Shown piece by piece: positions 55,201 to 64,000 of a DNA stretch of 64,000 nucleotides (its first letter is position 1; the number at the start of each line of letters is the position of its first letter). Where the stretch lies: IMG/VR virus record IMGVR_UViG_3300046522_000252, positions 2,984 to 66,983 of that record; one strand, given 5' to 3'. The stretch comes from a virus. A program made the translations under genes and the position numbers. The notes under the pieces were generated by a model. It saw only the letters and a program-made list of their open reading frames with translations, searched no databases and was not told the DNA's origin.

Positions 55201-56895
55201 TCAGGCGGCCCCGACGAACAACATTTGATAGGTCGGTTCCCGGCGCCGCTGAGGGTCGCGGCTCATCAGCATGGCCGCGTCAAACGCCGCCACGAGCGGA
55301 TCAATCTTGGCTTTGCCTGCCGCCTGCTTGGTGATCAGCACGGCGTTGCCGCGTTGCTCGACCTTGGCGTTACCGACGCACCACGCCATCAGCGGCGAGC
55401 CGTCGTGCCAGAGGGTGCCGTCTTTCAGCTTGCGCTCCATACCCCACACGGCGCCGGAGAGCCGGTAGCCTTGAGCGACGGCAACAACCTGATCGCCGGT
55501 GATGTCGCGCGCGGCCAGCTCGTCGACCATGGCGGCAACTCCAACCGGGTCCAGGCCGACACCGGCCTTTTCCGGGAGGAGCCCGGCGTCGCGGACCCGC
55601 TCAATGATGTCGGCGACATCGCGGATATCCTGCGTCGGTGTTTGGCAAATGGTCAGGTCGCCGTCCGCTTCGAAATCGCGGAGCCGGTCGGCAATCTCCA
55701 GACGGTTCGTGAGAACGTCCGGGTGCGCCCAGGCGTGGGTCCAGAGCCGCCAGTCGCGGGTGATCTTGTCGCGGCCGATGGCGGCAAGGCCGAAGAGGTC
55801 GTCGAGGCCGCCGCCGTCGATCCCCATAACTATCACATCGGAATCGGCGATCAGGCTGTCCAGCGTGATCGTCTTGTCGGCGGCGGAAAGCCAATAGTCA
55901 GCGCCAAGCCAGCGGTCGCTATGTAGCGCCAGGCCGATCTCGACGTTAAGGTGTTGGCTGGCCCACCGGCGTTCTTCCTCGTCGCCCTTGGCCCGCGCCG
56001 AGGCATAATCAGCAACCAGCCGGTTGAGGGTGATCGACCGGCCAAGATTGGGAAGCACCAGCGGCCAATTGCCCGGCTCCCGCCAGGAGGCGTTCGCCTG
56101 CATGGCCTTCGGGAATTCATAGAGGATCGGCAGGACTTCGCCTTTGATGGTCCCGTCCCGGATGCCCCGCGCATAATTCAGCTCAGCCTTGAACACCCCG
56201 GCTGGCGGTTCGTCGCTTTGCGTCGTGATCATGATCAGCACGGCTTCGGGGTTCGGCAGAAGCCCGCCCCGTATCTGGCCGATGATGCGCGCGGCGCCGC
56301 TGATCGTCGCCATAAGGTGCAGCTCGTCGAGCAAGACAAACGCCGGTTTCGAGCCGGTGATGACTTTCATGTCGAAGGTTTTGACCTTGAGCCGCGCCTT
56401 GTTCCGCCGGTCCGTGATCGTTTTCGTGTGGTGCGCGATGTGGAAGCGCTGAACCAGGTAGTCGTCGGCCTCGATCATGCCGACGGTTTGCTGAAAGGCG
56501 AGGTCCGCAACTTCGTGCGTCGGGCCGATGTAAATGAACTCGGCGCGCGGCCGGACATTCATCAATAGCCCGGTCAGCGTGATCGCCGCGCCCATTGTCG
56601 TTTTCGACGATTTCTTCGGCACCATGCAGAACACACCCGGCACCATGCGGGCGCCGTCGACGAGTGAGCCGAAGATTGTTCGCACGATATCCCGCTGCCA
56701 GGGCCCGGCCGCCTCTTTCATGGCGGGCTGGCCCGGAACGTCCGGGAGGCGCAACTTGTCGAAGATGGCGACCGCGCGCCCCGCTTCCGCCTCATCCAGC
56801 GGCAAGTCTGGAATCAGCGATCTCCCGTCCAGGAGCCGTTGCTCCCAGTCCGGGCAAGCGAAGTCCCACGGGATCACTGCAGGAGCGTGCTCCAC
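55201..56895 (-). CDS. terL: Terminase large subunit
   Basis: VPKKSSKTT (Walker A), LLDELH (Walker B), ITT, GIDGGGLDDL, KIDPLVA. Confidence 0.93.
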   Translation of the reverse strand: MEHAPAVIPWDFACPDWEQRLLDGRSLIPDLPLDEAEAGRAVAIFDKLRLPDVPGQPAMKEAAGPWQRDIVRTIFGSLVDGARMVPGVFCMVPKKSSKTTMGAAITLTGLLMNVRPRAEFIYIGPTHEVADLAFQQTVGMIEADDYLVQRFHIAHHTKTITDRRNKARLKVKTFDMKVITGSKPAFVLLDELHLMATISGAARIIGQIRGGLLPNPEAVLIMITTQSDEPPAGVFKAELNYARGIRDGTIKGEVLPILYEFPKAMQANASWREPGNWPLVLPNLGRSITLNRLVADYASARAKGDEEERRWASQHLNVEIGLALHSDRWLGADYWLSAADKTITLDSLIADSDVIVMGIDGGGLDDLFGLAAIGRDKITRDWRLWTHAWAHPDVLTNRLEIADRLRDFEADGDLTICQTPTQDIRDVADIIERVRDAGLLPEKAGVGLDPVGVAAMVDELAARDITGDQVVAVAQGYRLSGAVWGMERKLKDGTLWHDGSPLMAWCVGNAKVEQRGNAVLITKQAAGKAKIDPLVAAFDAAMLMSRDPQRRREPTYQMLFVGAA

Positions 56896-57275
56896 TCGGT
56901 GCGCTCGTGGCCGGTCTCAGCCGCAATTTGCTGCATTTCCTTTTTGCCCAGCGGACGCTCTCGCTCGGTCTGATGCGGTGCCGGACGCGGCACATACTGA
57001 GACCAGCCGAAACGACAAGCCAAGACGAATTGGATCGCCTTCAAGGCGGTGGCGTCTTTGCGATCCGCAATGGTCAACAGGTTGCTGACGAGCTTGGCTT
57101 CGACCATGGCGCCGCCCCGGTCCAGCTCGCGCCGGTAGTGTTTCCGCAGCGTCGCTTTCGTGATGTCCAGGACGTCGGCGATCTTTTCACTTGGGATTGC
57201 CATCCCGGCGAGGACTTCGACCATGCGACGGTTAGGGGCGGTCGGGTTGTGTGGTGGTCGACCGTTCTTTGACAT
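56874..57275 (-). CDS. terS: Terminase small subunit (HTH)
   Basis: GRPPH...IADVLDITKATLRKHY; directly upstream of terL. Confidence 0.75.
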   Translation of the reverse strand: MSKNGRPPHNPTAPNRRMVEVLAGMAIPSEKIADVLDITKATLRKHYRRELDRGGAMVEAKLVSNLLTIADRKDATALKAIQFVLACRFGWSQYVPRPAPHQTERERPLGKKEMQQIAAETGHERTEWSTLLQ

Positions 57276-57521
57276 GCAACTTCCTCTTGCACACGTAACG
57301 CACTTGCGTTACTGTATTTTTGCGGGGAGAGATAAAGTCACCTGTCCCCTCAATGGGTTACGGATATTTTGCATTTTCAACGATCACTTTCATCTTTCGG
57401 GGAACCAGCATGACACTTCAGTTTCTTCCACTTGGAATCACCTTTCTTGCCTTCTGCCTCGCCTACTACTTCCGCGACATTTACCTCGACTGAAAGCAAC
57501 CAAAAACAGGAGAAAAACCCC

Positions 57522-57911
57522 ATGACGAAGCACAAAACGATCACCGGCTTCCTAGTGAACGCCGCCGCCCGGACAATCCGCCCGGTGACGCTGCCGTTTG
57601 CGTGCAGCGCGCAGATGCAAAAAATGTATGAGCTTATCGAATGCGACACATTCGATGTTGTCCGGCTCCCGGATGAAAACACAGCCTGGGTCGATGACAA
57701 CGGCCTTGTGAATGACCCTCAGCATTTCGTCTTCATCAATGGCGGGCATCCTGACCCGCTCGCCGGGAACGTGCTTTTCCTCGGCCCGGCTGATCGGGAT
57801 GGCAATTCGCTTTCCTGCACCGCAACCGGCGAATTCCTCATGGCGCGGGTTTACTGCGGAACCATCGGCCAACCCGGCTGGCATCACATAAGCGCGGTCG
57901 AGGAGGTCTGA
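57522..57911 (+). CDS. DUF3846-like protein
   Basis: MYELIEC..FDVV...WVDDNGL...LAGN.LF.G. Confidence 0.65.
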   Translation: MTKHKTITGFLVNAAARTIRPVTLPFACSAQMQKMYELIECDTFDVVRLPDENTAWVDDNGLVNDPQHFVFINGGHPDPLAGNVLFLGPADRDGNSLSCTATGEFLMARVYCGTIGQPGWHHISAVEEV

Positions 57912-57914
57912 CCC

Positions 57915-58430
57915 ATGGCAAAGCATTATTTCACCAGCACCGGCGACGCTTACGACGCTTGCCAGACTGACGAAGGCATCAAAAACGGTGATTTGCTGAT
58001 CGTCACCGAAACCGCCGACGACGGCACCGAGCAAATCGTGATCGGCCTTGCCGGTGCATGGCCGGTCGCCGTTGGCTGCGCCTCCGGCAATTTCCATCAA
58101 GTCACGGCGGGCGCCGACATCCGCAGGCTCGCCGCCGATTTTGAGTGGACGGACGAGCAGATCAACGCGGCAATCGCTGAGGCGAAAACGCGCGGCCTGC
58201 CCATTTGCCCGGCCTTCGCCCGCTGGGCGCCCACCGCCCCGGCTCCGGCCATGGTAACGGTCATGGCCGACTACCTGACGAAGCTGGAGGCGGCCATCTT
58301 GGACGCCGAATGGTGGTTGGCCGATCCGCAAGTTGCCCAGCGCAAGGATATGCGCGGAGAACGGAAGCGGGTGATTTTTGCCGCCGCCGATCTCGTCCGT
58401 CAGCGCCAGTTGGAGGCGCATGACCGATGA
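57915..58430 (+). CDS. Hypothetical protein
   Basis: GGAGG RBS. Confidence 0.6.
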   Translation: MAKHYFTSTGDAYDACQTDEGIKNGDLLIVTETADDGTEQIVIGLAGAWPVAVGCASGNFHQVTAGADIRRLAADFEWTDEQINAAIAEAKTRGLPICPAFARWAPTAPAPAMVTVMADYLTKLEAAILDAEWWLADPQVAQRKDMRGERKRVIFAAADLVRQRQLEAHDR

Positions 58431-58684
58431 GCGGCAATGGCTATCGCTTTGCCGTCTGGCTCGACACCTTCGTCGAGGAGAAGGGTTTTGACACCGAACG
58501 GCTTTTCGAGGTCGAAGGGCCGTCCGGTCTGAACATCATCCCGCTCGGCGTCGTCCTCGCCGCCATCAAAACAACCTCAAGCCGCGAACAAGAGGCCATT
58601 CAAAAGACGCTCGTCCAGATCGATTTCCTGAACGGTGACTGCAACCACTTCTTCGCGCATCTAGCAAAGGCTTTGGCAATATGA
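58427..58684 (+). CDS. Hypothetical protein
   Basis: Coupled ORF. Confidence 0.6.
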   Translation: MSGNGYRFAVWLDTFVEEKGFDTERLFEVEGPSGLNIIPLGVVLAAIKTTSSREQEAIQKTLVQIDFLNGDCNHFFAHLAKALAI

Positions 58685-58847
58685 CCCACTTCACAATCTG
58701 CTTTTGCGCCGTGATCGTCACGGCCATCGCGGTTTATTTTTTCTGGCAGGATCGATCCGACAGAGCGCTTTACACCATGAGCAAAACCGAGAAACGGGTG
58801 GAAAGCGTGAACCGCGCCCTTGAAGAAATGGGGCTTTGGAAACGTCC

Positions 58848-59063
58848 ATGACCGGCGCCGAATTCAAGATCATCCGCCAGCAGCTCGGGCTCACGCAAGG
58901 CGAGCTGGCCGCCGTCCTCGACTACGCCTCGGCGGTGCGCGTCTCGGAATTCGAGCGCTCCGCCAACCCCCGCGATATCCCGTCGCACGTCGCCCGGATC
59001 ATGCGGGCATACGCCGCCGGTTATCGTCCCAACGACTGGCCCAAAAAAGGAGACAAGCTATGA
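58848..59063 (+). CDS. XRE-family HTH protein
   Basis: FKIIRQQLGLTQGELAAVL...VSEFE. Confidence 0.75.
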   Translation: MTGAEFKIIRQQLGLTQGELAAVLDYASAVRVSEFERSANPRDIPSHVARIMRAYAAGYRPNDWPKKGDKL

Positions 59064-59242
59064 ACGTGCGCCCATGCCCGTGTGGTTCCGGCAAGGATAG
59101 CCGGTGGCAATACGACGCCAGAGGCATTGAACTATGCCGGACCTGTTCCGCCTGCCATAAAACGAAGATGGCCCAGTATCGGCCGGAGGTTCTCGCCAAC
59201 CCCGGCTATGAGGCCGACGAGGCGATAGAGGAGGACGAATGA
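59060..59242 (+). CDS. Small Zn-finger (SEC-C-like) protein
   Basis: PCPCGSGK...CSAC. Confidence 0.6.
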   Translation: MNVRPCPCGSGKDSRWQYDARGIELCRTCSACHKTKMAQYRPEVLANPGYEADEAIEEDE

Positions 59243-59625
59243 TGCCGAAGTTCACGATACAGGTTCGCGCCATCCGCCACCTGACCGCCGAGCTTTCAGT
59301 CGAGGCGGAAACCGAAGAAGCGGCGAGGAAAGCGGCGCAAAGCCGTATCGGCTCAATCGATATGATGTGGGACGAGAGCGACCCCGAAGACGAGCAAATC
59401 GAGACGATAGAGGAGGACGAATGATGGTTGACCCTCGCAAGGAAAAGCGGTTCTTCCGCAAAAACGGCATGGATCATCCGGTGTATGTGGCTTGGCTTGA
59501 GGGCGGGGCCGCCGCCGACGACCGCAAGTCGAAGTGCAATCCGTATCCCGCCGGGCGACGCCACGATGAATGGGAGCGCGGCTATCAAGTCGCCACTGAG
59601 GACCGACGAAACGATAGAGGAGGAC
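59223..59625 (+). repeat. Three copies of CGATAGAGGAGGAC(GAATGATG) at gene junctions
   Basis: Copies at 59223, 59405 and 59612. Confidence 0.75.
59239..59424 (+). CDS. Small acidic protein
   Basis: Coupled ORF. Confidence 0.6.
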   Translation: MMPKFTIQVRAIRHLTAELSVEAETEEAARKAAQSRIGSIDMMWDESDPEDEQIETIEEDE

Positions 59626-59636
59626 TGACCCGATGA
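59421..59636 (+). CDS. Rmf/CrpP-like small protein
   Basis: AWLEG..A....CNPY....WERGY. Confidence 0.55.
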   Translation: MMVDPRKEKRFFRKNGMDHPVYVAWLEGGAAADDRKSKCNPYPAGRRHDEWERGYQVATEDRRNDRGGLTR

Positions 59637-59875
59637 ATTGGGATGATCCAGCAGCCCGCGCCCACCTGATCGACCGGGTAGGCCCACAAGAATATAACCG
59701 GCAATTAGAGGCGCACCTTGCCGCCTCGGTTGTCTCCACTGTCAACGGCCATAAAATCCGCCCGGTCGGATCACGATTCGGGCGGCTTTTTATGGTCGGC
59801 AAAACCGGCAACGCTTTTCACACACTCGCCGAGGCTGAGACATTCGCAGCAAAAGAGCCACCCGCTGACAGTTAG
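59633..59875 (+). CDS. Hypothetical protein
   Basis: Coupled ORF. Confidence 0.6.
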   Translation: MNWDDPAARAHLIDRVGPQEYNRQLEAHLAASVVSTVNGHKIRPVGSRFGRLFMVGKTGNAFHTLAEAETFAAKEPPADS

Positions 59876-59877
59876 GT

Positions 59878-60417
59878 TTACTTGGCCGCTACTACCGTCG
59901 GGGCGCCATCGAGGATGTGGGCGCCCTTGACGTATTCAAGCAACCGCTTGAGCGTGCTTGCCGGGTTTAGCATGATGTTGTGATCGATTGACGCGGTGAC
60001 ATTCCATGCCCCGGTGTTGTCCTTGTGGAATACCTGGTGAGGCGAATGGGTGTCGAGGATGTAGAACGTGCCGCGTCTCAGCATGGTCTCCTCGCGGTCG
60101 AAGCCGCGCACATAGATTCCGGTGTCGACGCGAACCTTGAGCTGGTGCGAAAAGCGCGGGTAGCGCGGGTCGACATGCAGCGGCGTTCCGCCGCGCACCG
60201 CCAGCCAGTGCGGATCATTCAGCACCCTTTTCTTGCCGTCGCTGTCGGCGCTCCGGTTCCAGGTTTGCAGCCGGTAGCCAGCGCCGCGAAAAATCTGCTC
60301 AAGCTCCGCATCGGTCGGCACAGCAACGCCATGCTCGTCGAGGTCCACCAGCTCGATATGCATAACCGGGTTGCTCCGCTGATCCGGCTTGAGCGGCTTG
60401 TCCCAACTCCAGTCCAT
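59878..60417 (-). CDS. Putative cupin / Fe(II)-2OG oxygenase-like protein
   Basis: PLHVD (HxD) ... DTHSPHQV (distal H). Confidence 0.55.
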   Translation of the reverse strand: MDWSWDKPLKPDQRSNPVMHIELVDLDEHGVAVPTDAELEQIFRGAGYRLQTWNRSADSDGKKRVLNDPHWLAVRGGTPLHVDPRYPRFSHQLKVRVDTGIYVRGFDREETMLRRGTFYILDTHSPHQVFHKDNTGAWNVTASIDHNIMLNPASTLKRLLEYVKGAHILDGAPTVVAAK

Positions 60418-61079
60418 CAGGCCGCCGCGCCGTTGCTGTTGAATTTGCGGCGGATTTGCATCTGGCGCCGCGTCATCCAAGCCCGCTTGTATTCCACATC
60501 CTTGAACAGCTTCGAAAAGCCGGTGATGTGCTTGAGCCGCAAAACTTCCTCCGGTTCCATCCCCAACTCGTTGCAGATGGCCGCCTCGTCCCACCCGTTG
60601 TCGAGCATCTGGAAAACCATGTTCGCCATGCCGTCGACTGAGTGTTTGCCGCGCGCCCGGTTATGCCGGATGGTCGAGGCCATGCGGTCGTTGATTGACT
60701 TATCGATCACGACAACCGGGAGGAGGCCCTTGCTCCTGGCGAAAATGTCCGGGTTATTCTTGCACACGAAATAGCGGTGGAAGCCGTCGACGATCACATA
60801 TTGATCGTTCTCTTCATCATAGATCGTCACGACCGGCTGGGTGTAGCCGTCGTGGGCGATAGACGTGTACAGGAGCTTCATTTCGATCTTGGCAACGGAA
60901 TTCGGATTGTAGTCGTTCGGCGTCACCTTCTCCAAGGGAACCCACTGTACGTTGTCGACCGGCTGACCGGCCAGCGGGGAAAACCCATGCAGAAAATCGC
61001 GCAGCTCATTGATGACGGCCTGGGGATCATCCGCCGCCTCGACGGCGGCGCGGATCGCGTCTTTAGTTGCGCAGTCCAT
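60417..61079 (-). CDS. ibrB: IbrB-like ParB-domain protein
   Basis: PNDYNPNSVA..EM.LL..SI..DGYTQPVV, VDGFHR, RMASTIRHNRARGKH. Confidence 0.85.
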   Translation of the reverse strand: MDCATKDAIRAAVEAADDPQAVINELRDFLHGFSPLAGQPVDNVQWVPLEKVTPNDYNPNSVAKIEMKLLYTSIAHDGYTQPVVTIYDEENDQYVIVDGFHRYFVCKNNPDIFARSKGLLPVVVIDKSINDRMASTIRHNRARGKHSVDGMANMVFQMLDNGWDEAAICNELGMEPEEVLRLKHITGFSKLFKDVEYKRAWMTRRQMQIRRKFNSNGAAA

Positions 61080-62190
61080 CGACGAACCTCCCGCCCTTTG
61101 TCCCGGCGTTTTTGCTGAACCTCCCGTGAGAGGCGGCAAAGACCGTCAATTTTGTGCCCTCATAGTCGTTCGCCAGGATCGCGCCGATTTGCGTCCTGAC
61201 GAGTTGCGGCTGGATTTCTTCCACATAGCGCGCATCCCAGGCGGCGAAGGATCGCCGCATTTGTTCGCGGTGCTCGTCAGGCACGAGGTTTTCCAGCAGA
61301 TGGTCGCGATATTCGTACCAGTCCGCGAACATGGGCGGCAGGTCTTTTGGCTTGAAGAATTTGTCCTGGAGCTGCCCGGCGGTGTTAATGCCGGAGATGC
61401 GCGAGGTGATCCGGTTCCAGGTATCGCCCTCGATCTCCTGGAGAAAAAAGAGCTGGCGGACGGCGGTCTCATGGTGGACGTTGGAAACGCGCATGTTCGG
61501 AACCGGGACGCCATACTGGTACATGTAGTCATAGAGCTTGCAATAGGGCCAACGGTTGTCGTGAATGGCCTTCCAGACATCCGTGTAGGACCAATCATAG
61601 ATCGGGTACATGGTGAAGTGCTGGCGCCGCTTGTCTTCGACCTTGCCCCACGTCTCGCCCTTGTACGTCTCGTAAGATGTCAGGCCCTTCATTCTCGCTG
61701 GGCTTTCCTCCGCCCGGACACCGGCGATGTGGATCGCCGGAGAATCCGGGAAGTAGTAGCGGAACACCGCCCCGAACATTTCGTGGAAGCGATCCGTTCC
61801 GAACGGGTTTTCCCGGATGCTGATCGGCTCTTTGTCGCGGACCCATTCCCGGCCGGGCTCCCAGCAGTACAGCCACGGCTCTCTTGTCGAGGTGGCGTTG
61901 AAAATCTTGAACGGCACTTGCAGCCACATCGGCTTAATGCGCGGGTCGGTCATCACGACGCGGATATAGTCAATCACGTTTTGCCACTCGGCCTCCTGAT
62001 CGAGAAACAGGACCGGAAGCGGCAGGCGGCCTTTTTCCTCGGCGACGGCCAGCGCTAGGTTCAGGCAAACCGTGCTGTCCTTGCCGCCGGAGAAGTTGAC
62101 GACGATGTTTTCGAATTCGTCGAACAGCCAGCGAAAGCGGGTCATGGCCGCGTCGAAAACATTCTCTTCCCGGTAAAATTTCAGAGACAT
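61063..62190 (-). CDS. ibrA: IbrA-like PAPS-reductase family protein
   Basis: NFSGGKDS, FLDQEAE, GVRAEES..R, YPIYDW...DVW. Confidence 0.85.
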   Translation of the reverse strand: MSLKFYREENVFDAAMTRFRWLFDEFENIVVNFSGGKDSTVCLNLALAVAEEKGRLPLPVLFLDQEAEWQNVIDYIRVVMTDPRIKPMWLQVPFKIFNATSTREPWLYCWEPGREWVRDKEPISIRENPFGTDRFHEMFGAVFRYYFPDSPAIHIAGVRAEESPARMKGLTSYETYKGETWGKVEDKRRQHFTMYPIYDWSYTDVWKAIHDNRWPYCKLYDYMYQYGVPVPNMRVSNVHHETAVRQLFFLQEIEGDTWNRITSRISGINTAGQLQDKFFKPKDLPPMFADWYEYRDHLLENLVPDEHREQMRRSFAAWDARYVEEIQPQLVRTQIGAILANDYEGTKLTVFAASHGRFSKNAGTKGGRFVDGLRN

Positions 62191-62741
62191 CAGGCGCCGC
62201 CTTGGAACGTCTTGCTGACGCGCCGGGAGCTGCGCCGAGGATTGATCAGGCTCGGGCCCACCCGGTGGTCGACGAGGTTTGGGACGTTTACCCAATACGG
62301 CTCCCGTCGCAGCCGGAGCCAGTCGCCTATCATGATGTCAAAGCCGGTCGGGTGCTCATGCCGGGCTGGCCAGTCCGGGTGATAGGCGCGCAACGCTGCC
62401 GAATAACCGGCGGGCAGATAGAAGCATTGGGTCATCATAAAATTGCGGTCCAGGCGACTGCCGATGTCTAAATCCGCCTTCCGCATGGAGAAAAACTGGA
62501 TGACGGTGTTCGGCCGCTGCATGACGGCCCACGCCGCGCGGGCAAGAAAATGCTCGCACAGCACCACGTCATCTTCCATGTGCAGGGCCGGACCGTCGCC
62601 CGCCATATCGAGCGCCCGAAGAAAAGTGTCCATCGCGTCGCGCTTCTCGTCGAAGCACCATTCCGCCGTTGGCAATGCCCTGGTGAGATAGTCTATGAAT
62701 TCCCGGCGGTCACGGACCGCGCGGATGATTGGACGGATCAC
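62190..62741 (-). CDS. GT-A fold glycosyltransferase-like protein
   Basis: LHMEDD, VPNLVDHR..SL. Confidence 0.65.
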   Translation of the reverse strand: MIRPIIRAVRDRREFIDYLTRALPTAEWCFDEKRDAMDTFLRALDMAGDGPALHMEDDVVLCEHFLARAAWAVMQRPNTVIQFFSMRKADLDIGSRLDRNFMMTQCFYLPAGYSAALRAYHPDWPARHEHPTGFDIMIGDWLRLRREPYWVNVPNLVDHRVGPSLINPRRSSRRVSKTFQGGA

Positions 62742-63553
62742 GACCGCAGCACCATGAAATTGCCGAGCTTGCTCACCCGTGCGTCAGGCAGGTAGTTGGC
62801 GGCGTTGCGCCAATTATGGAAAGGGATGTCCTGACCGAGGTGCTCCTCCGGCCTGTAATCCTGCCCGTAGAACATCAGGAAATATCGGCCGCCCGGCGCC
62901 AGGAGAGACGGCAGGCGGGCAAGCGCGTTGGGCTCGATGTAGCTCGGTGAGCCGAACAGCCCCACGATGATATCGAACCGCCGACGCCCCGCGTAAAAGG
63001 CTTCAAATTTAGCGTGAATGGTTTCCGCCAGCGGATGTTTCCGTTTGAGCGTGTCGAGCATCCCTTGGCTGGGATCGATCCCTAAATATTCGTCCGGCGC
63101 GATCAGGTCGAGCAGAAGGCCGGTGCCACAGCCGATGTCCAGGACGCTGCCGCCGGAATAGTTGAGCGCGTCCGCCACCGCCCGCGTTTCCGACGCTGCC
63201 ACCGGCGTATCCCGCAACGCCTCATAGACCGGCGCGATTGCATCGTAAGGTTCCGGCCGGTCGATCTCGGCGCGGTTGATCAGGATAATCGGAGGCGCCA
63301 TTGTCCAATACTTGAAATTGTTGACATCCAACCGGGTGAACCACGTCCGCCCGAACTTCTCCCGGTAGCCGTTATCCCGGATGTATTGAACCAGAGGTTC
63401 CCAGGGGACGGGAGACGCCCACTCTTTCCGCAGCGTGTAAAAGTGCGGACACTCGGGCATGGTTTTCGCGTAAATCCACCGGCTCTGTTCGAGCGCTTCC
63501 GCCACGTCTTCAAAATTCAAACTCGCGGCGATTTCCTTAACGGTGAGGGTCAC
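62738..63553 (-). CDS. Class I SAM methyltransferase with extra N-terminal domain
   Basis: VLDIGCGTG, GIDPSQGML, LAPGG. Confidence 0.8.
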   Translation of the reverse strand: MTLTVKEIAASLNFEDVAEALEQSRWIYAKTMPECPHFYTLRKEWASPVPWEPLVQYIRDNGYREKFGRTWFTRLDVNNFKYWTMAPPIILINRAEIDRPEPYDAIAPVYEALRDTPVAASETRAVADALNYSGGSVLDIGCGTGLLLDLIAPDEYLGIDPSQGMLDTLKRKHPLAETIHAKFEAFYAGRRRFDIIVGLFGSPSYIEPNALARLPSLLAPGGRYFLMFYGQDYRPEEHLGQDIPFHNWRNAANYLPDARVSKLGNFMVLRS

Positions 63554-64000
63554 AGTGTATCCCTGTTGAGCCCGAACGTTTCACCGCAATGCGGACAAGC
63601 AACGGGGATGATATTTTGCTTCCCCTTCTCGGTGAAATTGTTCTCAAGGCCATCCTTGGTCTTTGCGACATCCTCCGCCGTAACAGTCCCGGCGGCAGAA
63701 TCCGGCGTTAGGTTCGGGGCAAAGATACCGCCCAAATCCATTTCCGGGAAGCCCAAAAGGTCGATGTCGAATCCAGCCAGGTTAAGCTCACCGAGCTGCA
63801 CCGCCAGCAGGTTTTCGTCCCATTCGCTGTTGGCGCTGATTTGATTGTCCGCCAGCAGGTAGGCTTGCTTCTGCGCTTTCGTCCACCCGGCCGCGACGAT
63901 CACCGGCACCTCGACGACGCCGAGGAGCTGCGCCGCCTGCAATCGACCGTGCCCAGCAAGCACGCCGCCCTTCGGATCGATCAGGATCGGTTGCGTCCAG
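63550..64000 (-). CDS. ParB N-terminal domain protein (5' end outside the window)
   Basis: LAGHGRLQAA, YLLADNQI...WD; C-terminal CPHCG. Confidence 0.8.
   Translation of the reverse strand, partial: WTQPILIDPKGGVLAGHGRLQAAQLLGVVEVPVIVAAGWTKAQKQAYLLADNQISANSEWDENLLAVQLGELNLAGFDIDLLGFPEMDLGGIFAPNLTPDSAAGTVTAEDVAKTKDGLENNFTEKGKQNIIPVACPHCGETFGLNRDTL

Overview
The whole window is part of a temperate, long-tailed (siphovirus-like) phage genome of an alphaproteobacterial, probably Rhizobiales-like, host (high GC, GcrA homolog, GTA-like tail genes). Left to right: accessory small genes; a minus-strand replication/DNA-metabolism operon (HNH, DUF1376-type initiator with iteron-like repeats, PAPS-reductase-like protein, RuvC, ParB, DNA methyltransferase, GcrA); a cro/cI switch; a plus-strand early operon (Bet/RecT, excisionase, tyrosine integrase); an apparently intact attP carrying a tRNA 3' end; then minus-strand lysis, tail, head and terminase genes and a modification cluster (IbrAB-like genes, glycosyltransferase, methyltransferase, oxygenase-like gene). 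The most notable element is at 19.3-21.4 kb: a nuclease-less IS110/Nop-domain protein (TasA-like) flanked by 7 + 5 stem-loop units, each with two variable 9-nt spacers, matching a TIGR-Tas-like RNA-guided system. Both arrays lie inside the protein's own 532-codon ORF with unit spacings divisible by 3, and unit 1 matches (16/18) a site in the gene just upstream. Also notable are a stand-alone ethylene-receptor-like membrane domain in the lysis cassette and a glycosyl/methyltransferase block among the head-tail genes. All calls come from manual motif reading; no database searches were run.
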